A stretch of DNA of 64,000 nucleotides from Podarcis vaucheri. Its lineage: Eukaryota. The translations under genes were made by a program, and so were the position numbers. The notes beneath the pieces are model-generated. The model saw only the letters and a program-made list of their open reading frames with translations, was not told the DNA's origin and did not search any database. The DNA lies in NCBI GenBank assembly GCA_965113315.1, contig OZ220365.1; one strand, written 5' to 3'. Within the stretch, counting starts at the first letter, position 1; every line of letters begins with the position of its first letter. This document shows positions 1 to 10,762 of this stretch, piece by piece.

Positions 1-760
1 TGACCAGACCTCTCACGCTAATGGAAAGTTTAATTGCTCAAGCCACAAACCTTAGGAAAGTCTTGTTATTGGATAAACATGAAATATTGGAGGTGGAAAT
101 GCTAGGGTCATATGAGAGTCTGCAGAAAACATGGGAACAAGACCTACAAAGAAATGATGAGCACAATTGAAAAAGTCTCTGGAGAAAACTACCTTTTAAA
201 TCAGTATCAGCAAGGACTACAGAAAAATCTGTTAAATTAGTATTCAAATGGTACCTCATTCTACATACACTTAATAACAGAATCCTCTTCCCCAGAGGGT
301 CGAAAAGGTGTAGAGAATGAAGAACAATGTTCCATATGTGGTGGCCATGTGAAAAGGTCACAGTTTGGGGGAGATAAAATAACAAACCAGACAAGTACAC
401 CAGATTCAAAGCTAGTTTTAATGATGGTTTTTGATGACAACTTGAAGACTGTAAGGCATGAAGAGTTTATTGACTGCTGCCAGATTGGTAATAGTGAGAT
501 ATTGGAAAGAATCATGTCCCAGTATGTTGGAGACATGGTATCAGGAATTGTGGAAGATCCAGAAGTTTACACAGAAGTTTAGAGCCATGCATAAGGGGAA
601 AACTGCAGATGATTCCCATACTATTTGGAGTAGCTATGCAGCAAAGACTGAACACAACTGCAACCCACGCATCATGCATGGGAATCTATGGAAACACACA
701 TCTGCAAGTATTGAATGCTAATTCAAATATGTAATGATGATTGACTAAAAAAATAAACAC
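1..760 (+). mobile_element. L1-clade LINE, degraded 3' fragment of ORF2 (C-terminal Cys-rich region), running off the window start
   Basis: Broken frames read TWEQDL..SLWRKLPFKSVS..KLVFKWYL, MFHMWWPCEK and LLTAARLVIVRYWK..WYQELWKI, typical of the non-mammalian L1 ORF2 C-terminus. There is an A-rich end near 747-757. Confidence 0.75.
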
Positions 761-1212
761 AATTATATAATTCACTGGATGAAATAACACTAAGTTCGTG
801 GCCTACAACATTGGTTTCCAGCTAAATTTTGTTTGAGGCTATCACTGAAGTTTTTCATGTAAAGTTGCTGTCAGGTTGCAGGTTGCTACATCTTCTGTTG
901 CACTTAGCATTTTAAGTGTTCTTACTGAAGCAAACCTAGACCAATGGTTCCTTTTAGAGTCCTGAATGGTTCCTATATAATCATATATGAGGGAGATATT
1001 GCCAATTTTCTGAACAGGGTTGCAACCATTATGCATGCTTTAATCCCAACTGCAACATTCGTGGGTATGGCAATGTGGATTCTAAGCCATTGTATGTATG
1101 GGGAGAACATCTTCAAGAAAAAACGTGCCCCAATATTGTATCAGAAATATCCCATGGAAAACTCGGTTCCTCCCCTACTGTTTGGACTAAACTCCATCTA
1201 TGAGCTGTTGTA

Positions 1213-1570
1213 GGGACGCGGGTGGCGCTGTGGGTAAAACCTCAGTGCCTAGGACTTGCCAATCAAAAGGTCGCGGTTCAAATCCCCATGGCGGGGTGCG
1301 CTCCCATTGCTCGGTCCCAGCGCCTGCCAACCTAGCAGTTCGAAAGCACCCCCGGGTGCAAGTAGATAAATAGGTACCGCTTTATAGCGGGAAGGTAAAC
1401 GGTGTTTCCGTGTCCTGCGCTGGCTCGCCAGATGCAGCTTTGTCACGCTGGCCACGTGACCTGGAAGTGTCTCCAGACAGCGCTGGCCCCCAGCCTCTTA
1501 AGTGAGATGGGCGCACAACCCTAGAGTCGGACATGACTGGCCCATACAGGCAGGGGTACCTTTACCTTTT
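1213..1570 (+). mobile_element. Sauria SINE, full length
   Basis: 5' end is GGGACGCGGGTGGCGCTGTGG with a B-box-like GGTTCAAATCC. The BovB-like tail GAGTCGGACATGACT is followed by an (ACCTTT)n end. TSD is TATGAGCTGTTG(T/C)A at 1199-1212 and 1571-1584. Confidence 0.95.
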
Positions 1571-1656
1571 TATGAGCTGTTGCAGCATACAAGAGCTCCG
1601 AAAGGTGCAAAAAGCACTAATACTGAGCCAGAGTGAACTCTGCCATGCATAACAGG

Positions 1657-1674
1657 ATTGCCACCTAGTGGACT
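1657..1674 (-). promoter_or_regulatory. Candidate CTCF binding site
   Basis: Minus strand reads AGTCCACTAGGTGGCAAT, matching the CTCF core CCASYAGRKGGCR. Confidence 0.5.
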
Positions 1675-3082
1675 GCTGCTGTGACAAGGAATCTCAAGAT
1701 CTCAGCAATTCTGAACCATATAAGCTGTTTTTAGTCTAATTGATATCTCACATGCCTATTTTCTCTGACTGCTTGTAGCCAAAGAACAGTAATCAGTGCA
1801 AGTTTAAAATAAAGAAAAAGGTTGCCGACATTTCCACTAGTAAAAAAAAGATTGCAGTGTTTTCAAGTTGTAAGAAATATATATCTTCCACACTTTAATT
1901 CAACACAGGTTTTAATATTTAACATATGCGTAATGGAACTTGCCAACTGACCAGATAAGTACAGTATTAGCTTGGCCTGGCCATCTGCTTTACCAGTAGT
2001 CCTTAGTGTTAACTTTTGGTTATTTTTAATCCTGAAGCTATATGTATTTATGCTGCTGGTAGTGGCAAATATTTATAGTGAGGGTTTTTTAAATAACTAT
2101 TTTAAAACTGTGAGGTGCTCTGACAGCATGGAGTACAAATATTTGTAATTTATATTATTCACGGCACTAGCCTTATTATGAAGCCCAACCAGTAAGTGAC
2201 TCCCACAATACATATACCCCACTGTATGGAAAACATAATAGTCCCTAAAATATATATATAAGTTGTTCATCACTGGTTTAGACTATATGTGCAATCATAT
2301 GTAGATATTGCATTGTTTTTGTATGTGCCTAGTTTTTTCAAAAGGGTTAATCTTTGGATTGTAGAGGTTCTGCTTCTAAAACGCCCTGAGCACTTTTGCC
2401 AATCTGTTGAGAATATACAGATGAATATATAAGCCTGCCTATCCTCCCGTCCAGACTCATGCACCCAGCTGCAGTCAAGAGATAACAGTTCTTCCATGAA
2501 ATCACAACATTGCTATTATTAAGTTTTGATCCCCACCTATGCCAGAGAAGGAATAAGGCCTCAGTCCTATGCCCATATACTGGGAAGAAAATCCTGTTGA
2601 ATTCAGCAGAGCCCTCTTCAAACACAACAAAAGAGTCACATGGCAAGTTAAAGATGAACACATTTATTACAGCATAAGCATTTATGGCTTAAGAGTCCTG
2701 ATGTGTTATCTATCCTGAGCTGGCCCCAAAATTATATACAATGGACATATGGGTGTAATGAAGAAAAATGTAAACTGAAAAGGCAAATGGCAATGAAATG
2801 CAAAAAGTATGGGCTGTTATCACGACTTACTGCTGCTGGAAATGACCACTGTACTCATTCTGAATACATTTCAGTTTTTCACAGTCTGTATTTTTAAATT
2901 TTCCATTCCCATCTTTTTCTCTCTCTACACTTATGTTTATTCCTGCCAACTGAGGGTAACACTTCAGGCAGCTGAAGTGGTCTCTACTCCACAAAAGCTT
3001 ATGCTAGAATAAATCTGTTATTATTTAAGGTGCCTCAAGATTCTACATTGTTTTTGCTGCAACGCACCGTCTGTCTGGAACA

Positions 3083-3212
3083 ATGATAGGAAACCTGTGA
3101 CACTCCAGATTTGGTGAACTACAACCCCCATAATTCTTGACTCTTGGCCATGCTGGCTGGGGTTGATGGGAGTTGAAGTCCAACAACATCTGGAGGGCCA
3201 CAAATTCCCCTT
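3083..3212. mobile_element. Palindromic hAT-type MITE (degraded)
   Basis: Arms CTCCAGAT..AACTACAACCCCCAT and ATGGGAGTTGAAGTCCAACAACATCTGGAG; same family as 58550-58685. Confidence 0.75.
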
Positions 3213-3408
3213 CTTTTCTTTGGACATTTCTCAAAGTAAACATGGTAGCGCTGGTCTGTAGGCAGAGCAGGCTAAACATTAAGAACTGGCTTTTGATGAA
3301 GAGGGAAAGCACCAGACAAGAGTCTAGAAAGAACCAAGATGTCAGTCAGGCCTGTTGAGAGAAATTAAAGGAGTGTAGTGGGACTTACTTCCATGTAAGC
3401 AGATATAG

Positions 3409-3799
3409 CAGGGGTGGGGAACCCTGATCTAGCTAGTGGGCTGGTGGGTGGTTACTTCAAGCCTGCTTTCTTCAGGGATCAGTTGCAGGATCAAGTTCCC
3501 CATGGGGAACTTGGTCATGCAGCTGATCTTGCTGCATCTCTAACTCGGTTTTTGGACTACAACTCCCATCATCCCCAGCTAGCAGGACCAGTGGTCAGGG
3601 ATAGTGGGAACTATGGTCCAAAAAACAACTGGAGACCCAAGTTTGGAAAGTCCTTCTGTAGCTGCTCCACACCTAATGACACTTGACACCAGGCGTGGGA
3701 CAAGTGGGCATGGCTTGGGGCAAGTGGCCATTTGGCCTTCTCCAAATTGGGAACTGTGCCAGGCCAAATTTGGCCAGTGGGCTGGAGGTCCCCGTCCTG
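3409..3799. mobile_element. Composite hAT-type non-autonomous element with a nested palindromic MITE (about 3545-3657)
   Basis: Ends are CAGGGGTGGGGAACC and GAGGTCCCCGTCCTG. The internal GGACTACAACTCCCATCATCCC..GGGATAGTGGGAACTATGGTCC palindrome belongs to the MITE family. Confidence 0.65.
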
Positions 3800-4119
3800 T
3801 GGATTATAGCCAAAGTGTCTTGTCCTACTTCCTCAACCACTTCTCTGAAGCAGCACAGAACTATATTTTCCACATTTCTGCCTTCAGCCGTGACAGAAGC
3901 CTCTTTTGCCATTGAGTAGTATGTAAACAAATAAATCCCTATTATGGGTATTGGAGCAACCCTCTCTTTTCTTTACAGGCAGTTCTGCTTTCTGTGCTGA
4001 ACCTTCTAGTAGAATTCTGTTGACCAGTATTCTCATCGTCCACAAAGCACTACTCCTGGAGGCAATGAAGTAGATGAGCACAGAAAGGTTTATTTCAAAA
4101 ACAATCCACTTTTGAGTTT

Positions 4120-4156
4120 AGTGAGTGAGTGAGTGAGTGAGTGAGTGAGTGAGTGA
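4120..4156 (+). repeat. (GAGT)n microsatellite
   Basis: About 9 tandem copies visible. Confidence 0.95.
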
Positions 4157-5146
4157 AGGAAGGGAAGGACCTTGCCTGTAATGGAACAACCTGCCCACCC
4201 TTTTCTCCTTTCTTAAAAGTGTGTTAGCAGATGGGCGGCAGTGGTGGTGGTGGGGGCTGGCTAAAGAGTTCATAAAATCCTATCAGAAAGTCATCTTCAC
4301 CTAGAACTCAGAAATTTTATAGCTTCTTTTTATGTCTTCCTCCGCTATGGGAGCTAATTTCCTGAGGAATTGCAGGCATTTCCAATTTGTTTGAAAGATC
4401 TAGAATCTGTGTGTACATGTTTGAATCAGGAGAGACAACACAGAGGACTGAAGTTAACTCATGCAACAGGTGACCTATGGGAAGGATGAGATTATATTAT
4501 GGGTTTTGCTGTTATTCATCTTAAACTGGGGTGTCAAAACAGAGCCGTTTCTTTGCTATAACAAGTGAATAATGCTTTCTTTCTTTTGTAGGCACAAGTC
4601 TCACCATATTGCTTATATGTAGAGAAAAGCAAAAAAATTAAAAAATAATGTGCATAACTGCTTTCTCTGTGGAAACTTTAATATTTTGAACGACTCACAG
4701 TAAAGAAGCACATCCAGCAGTGCAGTCTGATCTGCTAAATCTCATTATCAGCTGGTTGCACTCTTTGATGAAGATTGTTATACCTTCTCTGTTGGAAAAA
4801 CTTGTTTTTCTGGTCTCTCTTCCTTCTGAACCAGCTGTTGTCTGTGTTTACTTGATCCTGCCCCATCTTCAAAAAAAGAAGTTGTCTAATTTTGATATTT
4901 GTGGTTGACAATCCATACCTTGTGGCATTAAAAGACAGACCTCTGAATGCCAGTTGCTGAGGAACACAAGTATACCACTTGTGGGCATCTGGTTGTCTAC
5001 TGTGAGAACACATTACTAGATGGACAGATGCAGCAAGGTTCTTCTCGTGTTATATATTTGCATGACCTTAACCTTTAGGCCAAACACACGAGAGCTACTT
5101 TGGCAGGGAAACCACAAATCTCAACAAGTGGATCTGAGAGGGCTTG

Positions 5147-6974
5147 TTAATGGAAGCCGATACATCTTTGGGAGCCACCCATCCTTGCTGGAAAAGGCTC
5201 CTTGGATGTGTTTGCAAGTGGGCAGCTTCACCAAGTCCTTCAGGATTATTTTCGTCACCACTCTCTTGATGTCACTGGTATTCACTTGGCCAATCAGGAC
5301 GTGGGGTAGCTTCCTCATGCCAGTCGCCAACACCTGCTTTCTGACATCCTCAAAAATAACTGGCTGAGACTCCAGGTTCGTCATCAGCATGGACTGCAAC
5401 TGGGTCTTTTCTCACTCAGGTTCAACCTCTCCAATGGCTCCTGGCATTGAAATGAATTCCCAGGTGATTATTTCCACCATTTCTCAAACCTACCTGGGGT
5501 CTGTGCTGGCATGGATGCATGGGAGGCCTGCATCTTCATAGTTGTGGTGGTAAAAAAAAAGGTAAAGGACCCCTTTACCAGTCCAGTCACAGACAACTCT
5601 GGGATCACAGAGTTCATCTTGCTTTACAGGCCGAGGGAGCTGGTATTTGTCCGCAGACAGTTTTTCCAGGTCATGTGGTTAGCATGACTAAGCCGCTTCT
5701 GGCGAACCAGAGCAGCGCACAGAAACACCGTTTACCTTCCCTCCAGAGCAGTACCTATTTCTCTACTTGAACTTTTTGGCATGCTTTTGAACTGCTAGGT
5801 TGGCAGGAGCTAGGACTGAGCAATGGGAGCTCACCGCGTTGTGCCGATCCGCAAGCCCAAGTGGTTCAGTGGTTTAGACCACAGCACCACCTGCGACCTG
5901 CTAGTTGTGGTGGTAGGCAGTGGCATTGTACATCCAGTGATGCCAGTTGAGCATGTTGAGGTACAACTGGGTGAACATGCCTTTGCCTGGCCCCCCAACG
6001 GAAAACGACCCACCTCCTCCCATCAGCATGTTCAGGGTGGCAAAGGGGATAAAGTCTTCCTCCAGCTCAAGTTTCCCGGCCAATCATGATGTGGGTCAAC
6101 TCTGAGATGGGGGTGGGCCCCAAACTCACGCCTGACATGTCTGTCTCCAGCTTGAGGATCCCTCCTATGTACTGGGCAACAGACCTGTCCAATGCTGAAG
6201 CTGTACCGCTTCTCCACATGGGCTCAGCCCAAAGGAGATACCTCCGGGCGCAGTGCACCAGCTGCTCATGCTCAGTCCCGACACCAGCCAACACCATCCT
6301 ATTGGGTGTGTAGTGATTCTCCGCCAGGCAGAATCTGTTCAATGCCACTGTGTTTTCACAGAAAGCCGCTACATGAATCATCTCTGTAAGTGGAAGCTCT
6401 CAGTTGGGCCTCATGTTCAGGTCCTCCAGCTCAAAGTGGACTGCCCTGCACACCATCTCAATCTCCTCATCCGATAATCTGGGTTTTAGCAGTATGTCAG
6501 ACAGCAGACGGACAACAGTGTCCAGGCCTTTGGCATTGGCTGAAATGGCATACATGGTGGTGTCCCTTGACACCTGACAATCATAGATGTCGCCATGCTG
6601 CTCCAAAGTGAGGAGGATCATGTCCTTACTGCCAAACTGAGCTGTAGAAGAAAAGGCAAGCTTTTTGAGAAAGCGTGAAATGCCACTGGTATGTTTTGCT
6701 TCATATCTTGAGCCTTAATTTATAAGAATCCCAACTGTGCAGAACTGTCCAAATATGTTCTGAGAAGCCACCTGCATCCTGTTCACCAGGGTGGTCACTT
6801 TGGTTTCAAAGTTCTCTTGACCATCAATGGTGGCAAAGACTGGCTTTGGCACTCCAGGGAGAGGAGCTGCCAGGGGAATGCTGGGATAGCTTCCACCACT
6901 GTGTATTTCCTGTATGCAACTAGTCCAAAGCGTGCGGAGCTCCAGATGCCCTGACCGACCACCTTGGCCGCCAT
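5147..6974 (-). pseudogene. PMPCA: Processed pseudogene of mitochondrial processing peptidase alpha subunit
   Basis: Collinear, intronless homology runs from ATGGCGGCC (6974) through [56 protein letters not shown], the glycine-rich loop [31 protein letters not shown] and [13 protein letters not shown] to the inferred ancestral TAA at 5147-5149. Lesions: nonsense codons at 6715-6717 and 6400-6402, three more at about 5410-5495, frameshifts near 6900, 6075 and 5152, internal deletions, and a SINE insertion. The 3' UTR, poly(A) and TSD boundaries are not resolved. Confidence 0.97.
5553..5901 (-). mobile_element. Sauria SINE inserted in the PMPCA pseudogene
   Basis: Minus strand begins GCAGGTCGCAGGTGGTGCTGTGGTCTAAACCACTGA and ends CCTTTACCTTTTTTTT. 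A perfect 14-bp TSD, TAGTTGTGGTGGTA, lies at 5539-5552 and 5902-5915. Confidence 0.95.
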
Positions 6975-8993
6975 ATTGGCTTCTCCTCATGGCAAGAGTG
7001 GAGAGGTGTGAGTCACGCAAGGCAAATGTGGATTGGCCAGTTGAGGATTGTGTGGATTGGCCAGTGGCTGGCTTAAGGGGCAGAGCTGAAGTCAGCTGAT
7101 TCAAGATAGGAGGGAGGAGGTGAGAGTAAAAAGGAAGGGAGAATAAAGTCCCCACTTGACACTTCCGAATCTCTTTCTACAGCTTTTCTAATTTCCAGTA
7201 GCAGATCTTTCCCAAATCGCATGCAAGTTAATGGGATGCTTAAAGGACTAGATTGGCTGCCAAGTAATCCCTTCTAGAGTACTTCACTCCTAAGGGAAGC
7301 ATACTTTGAGCCTTCTTTAAAGCTCCATCAGTGTGGAGTAGCTGTAGTTAGGAAAATTGGATAGATTCTTCTCCCACTCACTGGAAGCAAGGCTCCATTC
7401 CATTCTCTATTACATTTGTACAATTACCATACAACTGTTGTTGGTTCGGGGTTAGCAGCATGGTACAGGAAGGTGTGGGGAGTTGCTCTCATTGCATCAG
7501 AGTTATAATAGTGCACTTGCACCCCAGAATAATTTCTGCTGGGAAGGTCTGGTGGCACAATTTTACTCATGCTCAAGTTCAGATGAACTAACAGCCTTGC
7601 GGTCGGAAAGCAATTTTCTCCAGGTCACACTGGGTGGCAGAGGGATGCCTCCTTCTGTAGCCTTTGGCTTGATTAATTGGGGGTTATCTGCACTCCGGAG
7701 GAAGCTTACTTTGCAAAAGCTGGCAGTGAAAAGAAGCAGAACCAAATATTTTTTAGTCAAAGCCTTGTTGTCAGCAGGGGTGGGTGGGATCTCTAGGTTT
7801 TCTTTTTCAGCACATGTGCTAAAAATGTGTTTTAGGAGATGAGACTGACAGGCAGAGAGCCCATGAAAATTCAAGCCTGAGACCAATCCCCTTTCTCAAA
7901 GCAGTCGTCCTCCAGTGCAGCTAGGAGAAAGAGAGAAGTTGGCTAGCCTTTTAAAAATAACTTGCTTTCAATGGGGAATTTCTAGAATACAACAGTTGGA
8001 AAGGAGGACCTGCCTCATTCTCCATAAGCGCCAAATTTGGCTAGCATCTGTGTCAAACAGCAGAAAGAACATGCTGTATTGGAGGAGAATAAACAGTGTT
8101 TATGCTAATTTCCTATCCGAATTGTTTTGTATCTGACAGAACCCATTAGTCTGAAGAATGAGATAAAGACAGATAATAACAAACTGAGCCAATCACTAGT
8201 TGCCTAATCCAATAAAAGTCACCTCCGTCTCCCTTTCAGAATTTTCACTACCAAGCAAAACAAATGCAGTCACTGCACTCCCCGGCAGACTGCACAGATT
8301 AATGTCCTGTACTGGGAGTGATGGAGAAGTGATTCCTTCATTGGCTATAATAATGAACCATAAGCAATAAACATATTATAAAAACTGGACCCACCCAGCA
8401 CAAAGAACAGCCTGCTTCATTTCCTCCAAACCAATAAATTTCCAATAAACTTACATTTTCCCCTGCGTGAAATGGAAGAGCCACAGGACTGAGTTTTAGT
8501 GGATCTAACCATGTTGCATCCTCATATTTTCATTTCTGTTTTATCTTATTAATTCTGATCCCTATGGCATGTAGCTTGGTTCCCTTGTTTGAGTCAGAGA
8601 TATTTGCTTACCAGGAACCATTCTGGGTTATGTTTACTTTCTGCTTGTGTGGTATGCCATGGTCTGGATAGTGTTGGGCATTAGTGGTTTTCTCTTAAGT
8701 TGGCACTTGGACTTCTGAACTCCATTTCAAATGGATGGACAGAACTTGCTTCAAAATGGTCTCATATCCTCCAGAGATATTCATATCCCCCAAAGGTGTG
8801 TTTATATGATGGAGTCAACTTGGCTTAACAGTAAATCTTCTATGTCAGGGAACCCTAGTTTTGAGAGGAGGGTTAGGAAAGAATTTGCATGGTCCTCATC
8901 AAGCATTCCCAGGAATTATTTTTATAGAAAGCAATGCTATTAAGCCAGTACAAAACCAATAATGTCTATAGGGCAGACTGGTATGCAGGTTTG

Positions 8994-9025
<32 letters not shown>
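8994..9025 (+). repeat. Compound (TG)n(GA)n microsatellite
   Basis: Directly visible. Confidence 0.9.
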
Positions 9026-9026
<1 letters not shown>

Positions 9027-10259
9027 GAGGGTATTTTAGATCAGCCACAACCAATAGAGCAGACATGGTTGTAATATCCAAGGTTGTTCAATAACGAACA
9101 TAAGCAAAATCCCTACACCATTCTAACTTCTGGGGGTGAGATGGGGAGAGAATATCAGTTACAGAAATGTGAATGTGTGAAATTGAGGAAATCAGATGAA
9201 ATTGTAGAAGGCAGAACAAGGGAGGTGTGCCAGTGCTAATGTTTTATGGAAAGAGACAGCAAGTCTTGAAGAGCTGTAGGTTCCTCGAAGATCTTTCCAT
9301 CCTGACAATGCAATAATGGGGAAAGACACATCCTCTGTCCAGAACAATTGTAGCAGTGCTGGTTGGGCATCAAGGATTTCCAAGTGCTCCCAGAAAACTC
9401 CTAGGCTAGTAAGCGTCATTCCACTAAATGCTGAATTTCCTTTCAATTTTAGGTATTAGAATAGACTACTTTGCTTGATTGAGAAGTTCTAGGAACTGGT
9501 TTGGTTCCAGTTATGAAGGCAAGTGAAAATAATAAAATAAATAATTTTTAAAATTTCAAATACTTGTTTCCCAAAGATGGTCCAGAAAGACAGCTTTCCC
9601 TTTTCAAGGCAAAATAGGTTCAGGCACAGGTACCAGAGAATAGGGATTGTCCCGATATATTTATATCCATGTCCTCATTTGCCCCTGTCCAAATATGGAG
9701 CACAGGGAGCCCATCTGGAGCTGGTTTGAGATCTCCCTGTGCTGGTTCTGCCTTTGGTTGTGTCTTAGACAGCTTGTGTTCAAGAGTAAGTCATAAACAC
9801 CATCTTCTAATGGTCCCGTGGGCAGTGTTTTGACAAACATCTCCCTCCTACTCAGGGACAACACAGCTCATGCAGCTGCTCCTCTTGCCTCTGGTCTTCT
9901 GCTTTTGTCTTTGCCTTTTATTTTATCTGGATTGTTCCCCTTTGCATTTCCCTTGCTATTTGTATAATGAGGGCAGACACTCGGGAAATATCTCCTTGCC
10001 TAAGGAGAGCTCTGTATTCCCCAGAAAATGAGACAGTCTATTGCGGCTTAATGTCCCAGGAGGCATATTCTTTTTGTAAATGCTTTCAACAGTCACCATC
10101 AACATTGCTCTGCCATGCGCTTCTCCACTTTATTTAATATGCAGAGCTTACCACAGCTGGTTGTGTGCTTTAATTAACACCAGCTGATTTTGATCCTAAT
10201 ATACTAATGAAACAATGCCTTTAAAAAAAAGCTTTTGAAGTTCACATTTTACCATATCC

Positions 10260-10762
10260 ATCTAAGTTTGGAACCAGCTATTGTAGTTCCGTTTAGCAAA
10301 GTACACTGAGATAGTTCAAAAATCTCTGAACTACACCTGAAAGTAGTTCCTATAATTTCCAGGTGAACTATATATGAATTAAGTTCATTCTGGGGTAGAA
10401 CGTTGATTGATTTTTAGTTCATCTTCAAATTCATTCACTTACTGTACATGTGTTGTTTACTCTTTAGACTCTTTTGGCCTTTAAAAATTATAATTGTTGG
10501 GGGAACTTAATTAAACAGTTCACATTCCACTGTGTGTATGTTTTGATGTTTCCTCAGGCTTTTAAAGAATATTTTAAACTTCAACACAGCAGCTTGTAAC
10601 ATTCTGAATGCTGGGGGGAAATGCCAATGATCTTTTGGATGAACTGTGAACTAAACATGTTCATTTTGCAAAGGGGTGAATATGAACTAGAATTAGTTCC
10701 TTCTTTGATACCTTGAACTAGAACTATGTAGTTATTTTTAAAAATGAACTTTCCAAGCTCTG
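10260..10762. mobile_element. Degraded non-autonomous DNA transposon (probably hAT)
   Basis: Right end is AAAATGAACTTTCCAAGCTCTG, with many internal GAACTA/TAGTTC subterminal repeats. The left end is eroded. Confidence 0.5.

Noticed and set aside
4560-5146. Poly(A) tail and TSD of the PMPCA retrocopy
   Set aside because: A minus-strand ATTAAA exists near 4677-4682, but no clear poly(T) run or matching TSD was found, so the 3' boundary is left uncalled.
6715-7155. 146-aa ORF as a functional N-terminally extended PMPCA protein
   Set aside because: It arises from a frameshift near 6900 that joins upstream sequence to the PMPCA frame. It stops at a nonsense codon replacing Ser in ILINSGSRYE.
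9689-9698. CArG box CCAAATATGG (others at about 3764, 8031 and 58358)
   Set aside because: A handful of CC(A/T)6GG matches is expected by chance in 64 kb of AT-rich DNA, and there is no supporting cluster.
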